64,000 nt of DNA from Bigelowiella natans CCMP2755 (Eukaryota; Protista; Cercozoa). Positions 52,791 through 63,308 of the stretch are shown here, in pieces. The notes below the pieces were generated by a model that saw only the letters and a program-made list of their open reading frames with translations, was not told the DNA's origin and ran no database searches. The DNA lies in contig ADNK01001740.1 of assembly GCA_000320545.1 (NCBI GenBank), positions 8,040 through 72,039 on the forward strand. The letters run 5' to 3'. How positions within the stretch are numbered: the first letter of the stretch is position 1; each line of letters opens with the position of its first letter. The translations under genes were made by a program, and so were the position numbers.

Positions 52791-54159
52791 GCCAAACAGG
52801 GCTTCTGTGCCACAAAGTTTTTGTGGATCCACATTTTCTTCCTAATACCCAAGGAGGCACAATGATGGCAGTGAAGTCTGTTGCAAATGATATTTTTTAC
52901 CTCTGGCCGAATACACCCGTGAAGCCCGTGCTTTTCGTCACAGAGCGATGCCATATGGACGAGCTAATCACTTTCGTGATTAGCCAGGAAGGGAATTTGC
53001 GAACTAGATAGGATCTCCTTCAATGGCAGAATCGTGAGAGAGCCGTTGATTGGCAAGTCGCACTTCAATTTTTTTAAAACCAATTTCCATTCGTTTGTTA
53101 AGTTCAAAGATGTTACTTCTTTCTAATAAAATGACAAAAAAGCCTTAGATAACCATTGGATAACTGGGGAAAAGTAAGCAATTTTGCAGACTTTTCGTCG
53201 GTGTGCCTCAGAGCTTAATCTGAAATTGCAAGGATTATTTTTTGTCGGGAGTTTACTGCCTCCAAACCCCAATCAAGAATTGTAAATCTACGATCTGCTT
53301 TGGTCGTCGTTATGTCTGGAATAAAAGTGAAAATTTTAATTGCGACTTGATGATTACCCTAAAATATGGGGTGAATTCCGATCAAATAGTTTGATTGATG
53401 AGTTCCAACAGGGCTTGTAAGAATTACCTTGCTCGGGCAGATTTCGTCCTTCTTCAAGATCGTCTACATTTTACACTGCTATTACGAGAGTAGTGCGAAA
53501 TACGTGAAAATTGCAGCGCGATTTGGGTTACGTTTTTTCCCCGGAAGCAGGAGTACGTGGAAGGGTCCTCCTTACGACAATAATATATTTATGTCGTTCT
53601 AATTATTTATACAGCATTTTACAATTAATCTCTTGCACTAAAAAGAGCCGCGAGGAGAAAATTGGAGGCGATTTTAGACGGATCGATAACATTTTATGTC
53701 CCAAAAACAACATTCATCTGCGTATCTCATCTGTCAAACCAGGATCTGGGAATCGAACACCTTTCCCCCCCTTCCCGCACTTTCTCGAGCTCTCAGGCCC
53801 TGTTCTCGCAATAATTTTCGGATTGAACAGTAGGAACTAAAGAGAATAGGTGGAAGGAAGTATGGACGGGGAGGAGGACTACAAGATTCTTAGGGTAGCA
53901 GAACTTTGTTGTTTTGTGAACCCATACCTTAGTAAACGTCAATCTTAGATTCACACACACACGATGCAACGCATTCATCGAAAAAATATGGAAGTCCGGA
54001 AAACCTGTAGAGAATTTCATTTCGCAACGAAAAATTCTCACCGTAGTTTTGGTTTGATTCGAAAGAAATAGCTACCACCGCTTGCGAGCAACATGTTAGC
54101 CAAAAATCACATGGTCGATGTTGGATCACATGTGACTGACTAATTAGGCAAATTGGGAG

Positions 54160-54660
54160 ATGGCGCGGCGAGAGACCGCCCTGAAACGTAAGAGAAGACG
54201 TGAGGAGGAGAAGAAAGGACAGGCTAAACGACTTAAGGGTGTAGAGGGAAAGGGGACCGAGCTGGACAAAAAGTTCTTAGAGAGTTTAAAGAAACTTAAG
54301 GTCAAAGAGCTCAAGCTTATCTGTATGGGAAATCATCTTTTCAAATCTGGATCCAAACCGCAGTTGATAGAAAGAATATTCATGACAAACAAGCATGGTG
54401 GTGCTGGGCCATGTCCTAAATGCGCGCACAATCTGTTCATATTCTTCGATGAAACCACGGATGAGCCAACAGGCCTCGAATGTCGTAATACGAGTCTTTA
54501 CCGTGAAAGATGTCCTCATAAGGCTACGATTACCCCTTCAAACAAGTCCACGGTTCTAACACACACGCTAAGAGACACGAAAGATGGCCTGTTGCAGTCT
54601 GTAGGAATTATAACACAGGAGATAGCCCCCGACTCCGATCCATCTCAACCTGACAAATAA
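54160..54660 (+). CDS. Small intronless protein with a SAP-like helix pair and a PADR1 (PARP1 Zn3)-like zinc ribbon
   Basis: 166-aa ORF with a basic NLS-like N-terminus. LKVKELKLIC..FKSGSKPQLIERI is followed by HGGAGPCPKC..CRNTSLYRERC. The G-A-x-P-C-P-x-C and C-x9-C spacing resemble PARP1 PADR1. Confidence 0.65.
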   Translation: MARRETALKRKRRREEEKKGQAKRLKGVEGKGTELDKKFLESLKKLKVKELKLICMGNHLFKSGSKPQLIERIFMTNKHGGAGPCPKCAHNLFIFFDETTDEPTGLECRNTSLYRERCPHKATITPSNKSTVLTHTLRDTKDGLLQSVGIITQEIAPDSDPSQPDK

Positions 54661-55079
54661 AAGCTGCCAAGATGCAAAGATTTTATATAACACTTGACAT
54701 TAATTTGAGTGCCTATAGCTGTAAATCCCACAAATCAATTTTATTACTACGAAGTGCAGACGATTATATTTTATATATCTGCAGTCTTACTCTACACCAT
54801 AGCATTGCATCTCTTCCGCTCTTGGCCCTCATCAGAATTAATACGTACTCATATGATTTCTACTTGGTATCTTGGCACCAAACCTAATCCACATTAAGAT
54901 CTTACGATCTTCAATCGGGGGAAGAAATTTTGGGGAAATTACGACCTAGATGTTAGCTTCGATCCTTATGCTGTGTTAGACTAATGTCTTATCTAGCAGT
55001 TTAAGTAATTCGTAAAGCGGACACATTATTAAATGAGTAAACATCAAGACATAATGCACACTCTTTCATGTGCATTCAA

Positions 55080-55145
55080 TAGCATTGCATGCGTCGAAGC
55101 CGCCAAGACAAATACACATGGACAAAAAACACAGCTATGCTCGAT

Positions 55146-55181
<36 letters not shown>

Positions 55182-56330
55182 CTAGACTTGCATATGCAAT
55201 CTACAAATACAAAGAATGCTAGACTGGCTTATGTGAGTAAATTTTTAAGATATGTGCACTGGGAGACACAGTCGACATGTGCCTTTGAAAAGAGACAGGT
55301 GTAAACGACCAGACACACATCACTACGCTTGCCTCCATTAATAAACTATTTAATTATAATTTTGCTACGCTAGTACATGTGCGCATGGAAACTAGCGATT
55401 TGCACAAAATATCGAATTGGCAATTAAATTTTGAAAACAGGAGTGCGCTCTATAAGTGTGCTAGTCTAGTACGTAGTGTAGGCGCAGTTGTCAAGCGAAG
55501 GCTAATAACATGGACTAGTTACAGAAGTCTAAATGGACTCATGTTTTGTGCATGCGTTATTTAGATGTACGTATGACGAGCAATGTGTGCATTTGCTCTG
55601 ATGTGCAGTTTGCATTTTGCTAGTTTATGTCCTGCATTCCTATCTAGCTATGCATTCACGTGTCGCGCGTGCAGCGCACGTGCATCACATGACGCACGTG
55701 TTCAACACACGGTGCTTGCTTGTCATGCTGCGGCAACGCTAGAACGACACGAAAGCGTCTAGAAAATGCGTGAAATTGTCGTTTATTTTTTTGCCGCTTC
55801 TCGGCACACGCGAGTAGCTAGCAAGGCTCACAAGTAATATGGGCAGCCCTCGCTAGCTAGACTTTTTTGCATGGGCATCGATCATTGAACAATCGCGCCT
55901 TGTTCAAAATTGCAATGGACAAGGTCATGGTCTAGAGTTGTGCACTGCAAGTGCAAAATGTGGTACTAGTGCCAGAGTGCACTGATAAATATATTATATA
56001 TAAATATATATATAAATATACAGTACATATCTAGATATGTACACGTGTATGTGTATATGTATATCATATTGCATGTCCATCATACAGTGTGCACTGTGGA
56101 ATCACAAACGGCAAGTTCCAAAACTACTTTAAGAAAATGCATGATGGACATGTAATATATAATCTCTTACTGTCGTCTATTATGTCGATACATGTACGCA
56201 AGCATGAGATCAAAGGGCACTACCTACATGCTAGCATGGCAAGTCGCCCATTTCATTTTGGAAGGAAACTGATCATGCGACTCTTAATTCGTAGTCGCAA
56301 ATTGTTATCATTCATCTATTCAATCATTGT
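55080..56330. other. Partially TpA-depleted intergenic block
   Basis: The core at 55620-55980 is rich in TGCA, CACGTG and CTAG. An intact TATA-rich patch at 55985-56035 grades into partly converted sequence. Confidence 0.6.
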
Positions 56331-56638
56331 GATAAAATAAAACCATAAAATGTGCATTTGGCGCCCCGCTCTAGCCTCGGATATGAGAGTTGATGTAGTG
56401 GATGGTTCATCCAGGATTTTATAGCAGCAGGGTAATCATCCCAAATAGATTTTTGAAAAAATGTCATCGTTAATGTAATGCTGCGCAGCAGCTCTGTGGC
56501 AGCAGACCATCGAACAACACCTTGCAGAGAGGTAGTTATGCGAACAAGCGAGCACGCCCACAACGAGAATCGGAGTTGCGAAGCTTACAAATACCGTGTC
56601 CTATCTGATATTTTGCGCTAATTACCTAACTGTAGCTC

Positions 56639-57193
56639 CTAAATCCCCATAGATTTCTGCAAAAATTTTGCCAAGGCGTCGCGGCGTGCCGTCTCTTTTG
56701 CATAATCGAGGGCAGTGTTGCCCTCTTTGTCCTTCGCCTCCAACTCCGCACCCGAATCCACCAAAAATTTTACGAGATCGAGGTTAATTTCAATAGAGTT
56801 GATTGCGCAAATGAGCGGAGTGTCTCCGTATTTCTTGTCCGCCCTATTCACATCAGCCTTCGATTTCAGAAGGAGCTTGGCTGTTCGATCGTCGCCGTTC
56901 TTTGCAGCGTATATAAGAGGCGTGTTTCCATCGCTGTCAGTTTTATTGATCATAGCTTTCTTATTCAGTAGCATCTTAACTGTTGATGTTTTTTCGTTCT
57001 CCACAGCATAAATTAGAGCTGTGAAACCAACTTCATCTAGACTTCCATTTTTCAGAGCATCCATCTTCTTCGGGAATTCATTGAAGGCCTTCTCTAGCCT
57101 AGAATTCTCGCCATTTCTGCACAGCATTGCAACGTCGTATTCCGACGGTTCTTTAGACTTAGACATTGCAGGATTTTTGCTCTCCTTCCGCAA
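56639..57193 (-). CDS. Ankyrin-repeat protein (about 3-4 repeats), intronless
   Basis: GFTALIYAV..VKMLL, GNTPLIYAAKNG..AKLLL..ADVN, GDTPLICAI..LVKFLVDSGA, GNTALDYA. Confidence 0.92.
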   Translation of the reverse strand: MRKESKNPAMSKSKEPSEYDVAMLCRNGENSRLEKAFNEFPKKMDALKNGSLDEVGFTALIYAVENEKTSTVKMLLNKKAMINKTDSDGNTPLIYAAKNGDDRTAKLLLKSKADVNRADKKYGDTPLICAINSIEINLDLVKFLVDSGAELEAKDKEGNTALDYAKETARRDALAKFLQKSMGI

Positions 57194-57792
57194 AATCCCT
57201 AGTTCACCTCAACATTGCTTACACGTGCTCCATCCAACTTATCTGTCGGCCACAGCGGTGCTGATGTAATGCGATTGCGACTTTGCGACTTACAGAATAC
57301 CTTGTCGCATATAAAAATACAATGGATATTCAGTTTCTACGAAAGTTCTCGGGAGCATTTCGACCGTGCTGCCTATGCTGCAAAAAATGATACTCCCTTC
57401 CGATGTATCCTTGCAGTGAAATTGGCTTTGAAGCCCGTTTCTCTTATAATTTCCATGTCGTAAGTCTAAAAGGCATTCGATATTCGTATTTGTATATAAT
57501 TATTTGGGTGAAGCTGTTCTGAAAGGACTTTCGCTGAGGACGATTTTGCACTTCTCTGCAACGTCATCTCGAACGATTCCATTCCAACAGGTGCGCAGGG
57601 CGAGTGCCCTCTTATCCATCCCGCCACCCTGGCACTATGGCATCACAATAACATTAAATGCCACCTTCATGATTTCGAGCTTATGGTTTTCGTGGAAGTT
57701 TAAGACGATTGCGAGGATGGGGGTACCGCTGGCGGCACAACTGACTTTTGGTGTATTTCGCAGGAAAAGGACGTAGGGGAGAGATAAAAGCA

Positions 57793-58300
57793 ATGGAAAC
57801 CAAAAACGTCTTTGCTCCTAGCATCAAGGGTCTCTTCATCCTAGATGAAGATGGTATTATGACTTCCTAAACTACCGTTCTTTCACGCACTGAACTTCTA
57901 ATAAATACATGCAATGCCTTGCCTTCTCACGCACTGAACATCTAATCACATGTAATGCCTCGCTACTGTCCATCAGGCAAGAGGATCTATGCAAAATACT
58001 GGACAGGTAAATAATATGTACTGATTTAATTTTTTATGGTAGTGAATATGGAATGTTTCGATCGTCTTATCGCAGATAATTAAACATGTTCCACACCTCT
58101 TTTCCCTCTCAATATATGGGAACTTACACCTCTTTTCCCTCTCAATATACGGGAACTTGTTGCAACCTAGGACATCTCTACAATAAATTCATACCATTTT
58201 TCCACCAATGATTAATGTATATGTAGTAAAAATGAAAAATCACACACATACTCGTTTACCCAACACATCTCATCCCGCTGTTCTCTCGCTCTCTCTCACC

Positions 58301-58384
<84 letters not shown>

Positions 58385-58412
58385 CTATATATAAATAATA
58401 TATATATATATA

Positions 58413-58477
<65 letters not shown>

Positions 58478-60288
58478 TTGAACATATTTTTGTGGTTACA
58501 ATTCTATAATAGGTGATTGTAAGGCGACTGGTACTACAAAACTGCAAAAGGAGTTTGAACTCCGCGTCGCCAAGAAAACAATGTAAAGAAATGGAAATTA
58601 GATGATGGGGTCTTGAGAAACACGGGGCCAAAAATAACAATTCTGAAAACAGATTATCAATACTACATATCATTCCTTCTCTCCATTCCATTCATTCTAC
58701 ACACACTGATAAATATACTTCTTCTTCATCGTCCTCATAAATAGGGGGATGGCAAATATGGCAGACACCGATGCCATCAGCTTCGAGAAATATGTGCTGG
58801 TTTTTAAGGTATTGGAAAATGGAGAAGGAATGTTTAATGTAAACGTGTGGACTCGGATTTCGACACAACAAAGCAAAGGCGAATACACTGATGGCGCTTC
58901 ATCGTGCAATCGGACAACCTCATGCCTGTCTAGAACTGCCTCGTTTTTTTAATATGACTCTGTGTCTCATTTGGGAAACCCCCAGCATGAACCTCGAAAG
59001 TGCGAACATTTGAGGGCAATTCCTTCAATGAGATCGCGTTGAAGCTACATCCTACAATCCATCCCCCCCCCCCCCCACTAACGGATTATCATTGATTATT
59101 TTCGCAGAGACTTGGCGATAATACGGTTTTATATGTGCTTGGCGATCCTGATGAGAATGAATTGATGCTGGCAACCGTTTTGTAAGTCCACCGCCACGCC
59201 ACAAGCAATCTATTCATCATAAAAAGTTATTGTTGGGAGAAAGAAGCGCATGCCAACGTTGTCATGATTAATGTGTTTTAAAACCTTCATGGCTCGAGGC
59301 ACGTGCGATGGATGCACTTGCTACATCCCATATGCTATTGAGAAGAGGCTGTGCTTTACGCGCTGCTGACTTTTCTTTTGCTGCTGCTTTTCTCAGAAAC
59401 GCTTATGAGGAGTCCGTGTCGCAGCTTCTGAGAGGCCAGGTATCATCCCCCCCCCCCCTCTCACGCCTCTTTCTGTATGTGTGCGTGTATCGCAATTATT
59501 CTAACTCCACATCACGAATTATTAAATCTCATGCGCGTAAAATCTATCATTTACAGCTCGATGCGAATTCTATGCTGCAAGGGCTTGCAGAGGTACTGCT
59601 TTCTCCCAACCCACCTTTTCGCGTTGATCCGTGGATAGGGACAACTAATCCAAATGAGCGGTTACGCATCCGAGATGTTGTTCGCAACGAGAGACCGATT
59701 TGCCATATATTCGGCTGAAGTAATTCACATTGTCGTCGTGTTTGTGCTCTCCCTACTCAATAGGTGTGCCTCTGTGCAGACGAGATCGTTATGGACGGGT
59801 TAATTATGGAGACTGATTCTCTGTTGGTAAGAATAACAATGGACACAACTATGATTGCTTGAATAGTAGTAGTAGTACTAGTAGTAGTAATAGGCGTCGT
59901 CATTGCAGTCATCTTACACATGATATAAATGCCAATTCGTATGAACACCGGGAAAACGCTTTTATGCACCCAACTCTCTACTACTGGTTTCTTTTTTTTT
60001 TTTTTTGCACGTCTAATCATCTTTTTGAGTTGCTGTTCGTGTGCTGTTTCTCTACAGATCGCTGGGAGGGCGTCAATGGCGCAGACGATAAAGGAAATTC
60101 CTATACAGGTGAAGATTTCACGCGAGGAAGTTTCGAGATAATTTGCGTCGTCCTCATACCTACTCCGTTTCTTCTCACTACTTGTATGAACCCGGCCTTC
60201 CATGCTGGAAATTATCTAAATTTAGGACCAGACTCTGCAGCAGTTTGCTTCCTCGGCAAAAGAAAAACTTTCAAATTTCCTCCGATGA
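57793..60288 (+). CDS. COPZ1: Coatomer subunit zeta (zeta-COP), multi-exon
   Basis: Exons join as METKNVFAPSIKGLFILDED|GKRIYAKYWT|..QKEFELRVAKKT|..DAISFEKYVLVFK|RLGDNTVLYVLGDPDENELMLATV|LNAYEESVSQLLRGQ|LDANSMLQGLAE|VCLCADEIVMDGLIMETD..|IAGRASMA..IPIQ|DQTLQQFASSAKEKLSNFLR*. This matches the zeta-COP motifs ILDxxGxRxxAKY, ENELML and DEIVxxGxIxExD. Confidence 0.9.
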
Positions 60289-60781
60289 AGCGCCTAACAG
60301 TGAAGAAAAGGGATGGACGAGACTCTTGCGTATAGTAGCTGAATGCGTCATCGAGCCTATTAAGCATTTGTTTGTTTCGTTCATCATTAATACTATATCG
60401 TACGGATTTAGATATTTATTTGTTTCGTATACGCCGCTATTGCGGCTCCATGATATCAAATTGAGTCACACTAGCACGGTAGCTCATAGCCTAGTAGCGC
60501 TTGCCTTTGCGTTTTGCAATCAAAAATGTTGTTGCATCCAGCATTGTAGCCACGCTAGCACGCTGCATTTGCGTATGGCGCGCAGGGCTAGGCTAGTTAG
60601 CTAGAGTGTGGCGCAGCGCCCAGTTCATATAGATATGTTCACATCTACATCCTACGTACAATGAGGTGTGCATATGTTACATTATTATATATATTATTGA
60701 CACGTAATGTCATGTATGTGTTACATGTGCTATCACTTTATTGTCCATTGTTTGTCATCTACAGAATAGAATGAGTCCTCC

Positions 60782-62310
60782 TCAGCGATCTGAAGTCTTA
60801 AAATTAGATTTAAGTTGTGTTGTCCAGGATTTTTTGGGAATCTTGTACGAAAACTTAAATGCTTGTTTTCCAGGTCTATTTCCGTACTGAATACGAAAAG
60901 GATATCTGCTGCCTGCTTCAACATTGCACACCTTTGCAGTCTTACGCCGGTGTCTGTTGTTCACCTTTATTGGCTTTGACATGTTCCCAAAATATAGCTT
61001 GGAGACTCCATAGCGGTTTTCCAATCGGAAGTTGTGGCACCCACTAGTCGTAGCATCGAAGAAGCCTGTGAATTGAAAGCTTCGACTACCAGATGCAACT
61101 CTGCTGAACGAAATTCTCCCGACCACCTTACTTGCCTTTGCCTTATTAACGTCGAAGAATCCATCTTGTCCGTAATAAAACCCCTGGTAGATTTCCTTAC
61201 GCAACCCCCTTTTGAGGTTATTCCCTCCCGGAGATGTGTTCGCGTTTTTGGTTGGCTTTGGAGTGGGTAGTTTCGTTGGTCTCGAAGCAGAAGATCCGCT
61301 ACAGTTTGGGAGATTCTTAGGATTTCCCGGAAGACAAGCAACATTGGTTGTGGCTTCAGTGGTGATGTGACTAGCATCATGTGGCAGCATCCGTGGATTT
61401 TGATAGGTGAGTTCGGTACATCTGTTTACAAGGGGCTGGGTCACCGGACTGCCTCCTCTGCAATTGTCAATGACTTGCTGGAGGAAGTTCTCCTCCCATC
61501 TGCTGAGAAAGTCGGCATGCAGATATTTAGTGCCATCCGCAAAAACTACGTTCCCTCCAGGACAATCCTGAATCCCTAGAAAGAGCCACAACAGTGGGAG
61601 TTTGATGGGGTGGGAGCGCGGACAGCTGTCGAAGTGATCAGCCTGGATGCGGCTGCCTTGTCCGTAGCTAACGTGGGCACGCCCGTTTGGGGACGTGATG
61701 TCTCTCCCGTTCCAGCAGTGAGGAAAGATCATTTCCATTTCGAAGAAGTCATCCTCGCAACTAGCCAAAGGTTGGTTGCTGCAGCCTTCGCTGACTTCTA
61801 CATGCTGCTCGCATGCTTTTCCTCCTCCTGTCGTCTTTCTCGACGAGAGAGTGAAAATCAGGCTTCCAGCATGTGTCAGAGGCGAAAACAAGGCAACAAA
61901 TGTCTACTGAGCAGGGTGGCACGCACGGAGAATCCATTGGGAAAAGCCCTGGTGTCCGAGTTTTGCAACCATGTGCAGCACATGTGGAGCACGATTTTCT
62001 CCCTTGGAACCAGATCACACTTTCCTCCCCTCTTCCTGCACACAGCTGGCACCCAATGCAAGCTCTTGTTCTCTTTGATGGAAGCAGTGGTCTTGGAAAT
62101 TTCTCTCAGCTTTGTCCAGTCTGCATCAGGATCGGCACTGGGGGCTCCGAAGAATGGGTGAACGTGACCGCTGAGACCGTTCTGTTTCAGAATGGGGTCC
62201 GTTCTGACCTCTGCAAATGGTTTTGCCTCAAAGTCGAACGACACTCCAACAACACACTCAATGACCAGAGCTGCTGCAAGCACGAGAGCTTCATTGACGG
62301 TGGGAGCCAT
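60782..62310 (-). pseudogene. Secreted DUF1996 + PA14-like domain gene, frame-broken and mutated Tyr to Cys/His
   Basis: ORF 61876-62310 has a signal peptide, RTDPIL..SGHVHPFFG and SLHWVP (canonical SxYWxP). ORF 60782-61891 has FPHCWNG, HVSY, CPRSHPIKLP, LHADF..W..LQQVIDNC, a P/T/K linker and a PA14-like C-terminus (FQFTGFF..HNFRL..SKLYF..YPFRIQYG). The frame break near 61880-61920 is either a frameshift or a degenerate intron. Confidence 0.8.
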
Positions 62311-63096
62311 GGAGGATGTGTTGTGGCTGGAACCCTTTTTCGCATCTTTCCAGTCACAGCGGCGGTCCGAAGAAGCTTGCTCGTCACGGGATTCACGTCC
62401 TAGCGTCCTTGCTCAGAGAACCGATCCCATCGAGATTCCCATGCGAATTCAAGCGCCACGTGCTGCTCCGGGCTTGCGCCTGCATCTGAATCCAGACATT
62501 AGTCTGGAGTTTCACAGGAGAAAACGTTTGCACAGTGATCCTCCCGTTTCCATCATTGCAATGAACTAGTGAATTCGCCTCCATCTTCATGTCGCAGGAC
62601 CAAAATCGCATGGACGATCGTGTAACAATTCGACTTGGGCTACAAGCATGCAGCGGCTGCTCTTGGGTGTTTCCTTGCAGGCCCGCAAATTGAAGTGGGG
62701 CAGCGTCCGAAAATGGTTAAAAATGGAGGCTGTTTTCAGGAGAAAGTGTTTGGTGAAACTCCCAACAAAGTCGATTTGCTTGTTGTTCATCATGGATCAT
62801 CGTGTGAACATGGCCTTCAGGAAGTTTTTGCAACGACTGTTGTTGAGGCTCTGTTGCATGTGTACGCTTGTCTCCCATGTGGTTCTTGCACATGTAATTT
62901 TGATCAATGCTTTGTTCATCTTCATCTTTTGCTCGCAGTGGAGGCCCTGCGTCGTCAGAACTTTGCCGCTAGTGTCATTGCAACTCAATGACTGGATCTT
63001 GCCAATCAGAAAACCCAGCTAGTTGATTTGCTAGTGACAGTCCTCACTGAAGCCAGTTCGAGGCACTGCATTTCGAACACTGCAAACGTCTTGTCA

Positions 63097-63308
63097 CACT
63101 TTGGAAGTGTGGTTCTTCATCATTGTTCATTGTTCATTGTTCATTGTTCATCTGCCAGCCTGCGTGGACAAGGAGGCACTGCGTTTCGCACACTGCAATT
63201 GTCTTGCAAACAACAGTTTGGAAACGTGGTTCATCGTCATTGTTCATTGTTCATTGTTCTTGCAACACTTTGGAAGTGTGGTTCATCATCATTGTTCATT
63301 GTTCATTG
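63097..63308. repeat. Three copies of a ~45-bp unit ending in (CATTGTT)n
   Basis: The unit CACTTTGGAAGTGTGGTTCWTCATCATTGTTCATTGTTCATTG starts near 63097 and 63266; a more diverged copy starts near 63216. Confidence 0.8.

Larger units (their letters stand above)
1275..58480. repeat. Abundant intronic and flanking microsatellites: (TA)n, (GA)n, (CA)n, (AGT)n, poly-C/G
   Basis: Examples are 2257-2315, 3330-3390, 17460-17570, 24530-24575, 25760-25815, 35590-35650 and 58290-58475. They lie mostly in or beside intact genes and are absent from the strongly converted cores. Confidence 0.95.

Noticed and set aside
11774-57011. Long antisense ORFs over real genes (11774-12325, 19919-20341, 56715-57011, 6614-6988)
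   Set aside because: These are shadow frames of the opposite-strand coding sequences and carry no motifs of their own.
47611-58160. Short perfect or near-perfect tandem duplications (47611-47660, 57880-57960, 58090-58160)
   Set aside because: These are ordinary local slippage duplications in intergenic or intronic DNA with no further structure.
2114-58691. ORFs containing SLSLSL, YIYIYI, THTHTH or ERERER runs
   Set aside because: They are translations of intronic dinucleotide microsatellites.
59636-59719. Exon-like segment GQLIQMSGYASEMLFATRDRFAIYSAE within zeta-COP
   Set aside because: The zeta-COP alignment is continuous without it (LQGLAE|VCLCADEIV), so it is treated as intron. An alternative exon cannot be excluded without RNA-seq.
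63097-63308. CRISPR-like array (repeat units separated by unique sequence)
   Set aside because: There are only three degenerate, unevenly spaced units with a simple-repeat core, no cas genes, and the context is eukaryotic.
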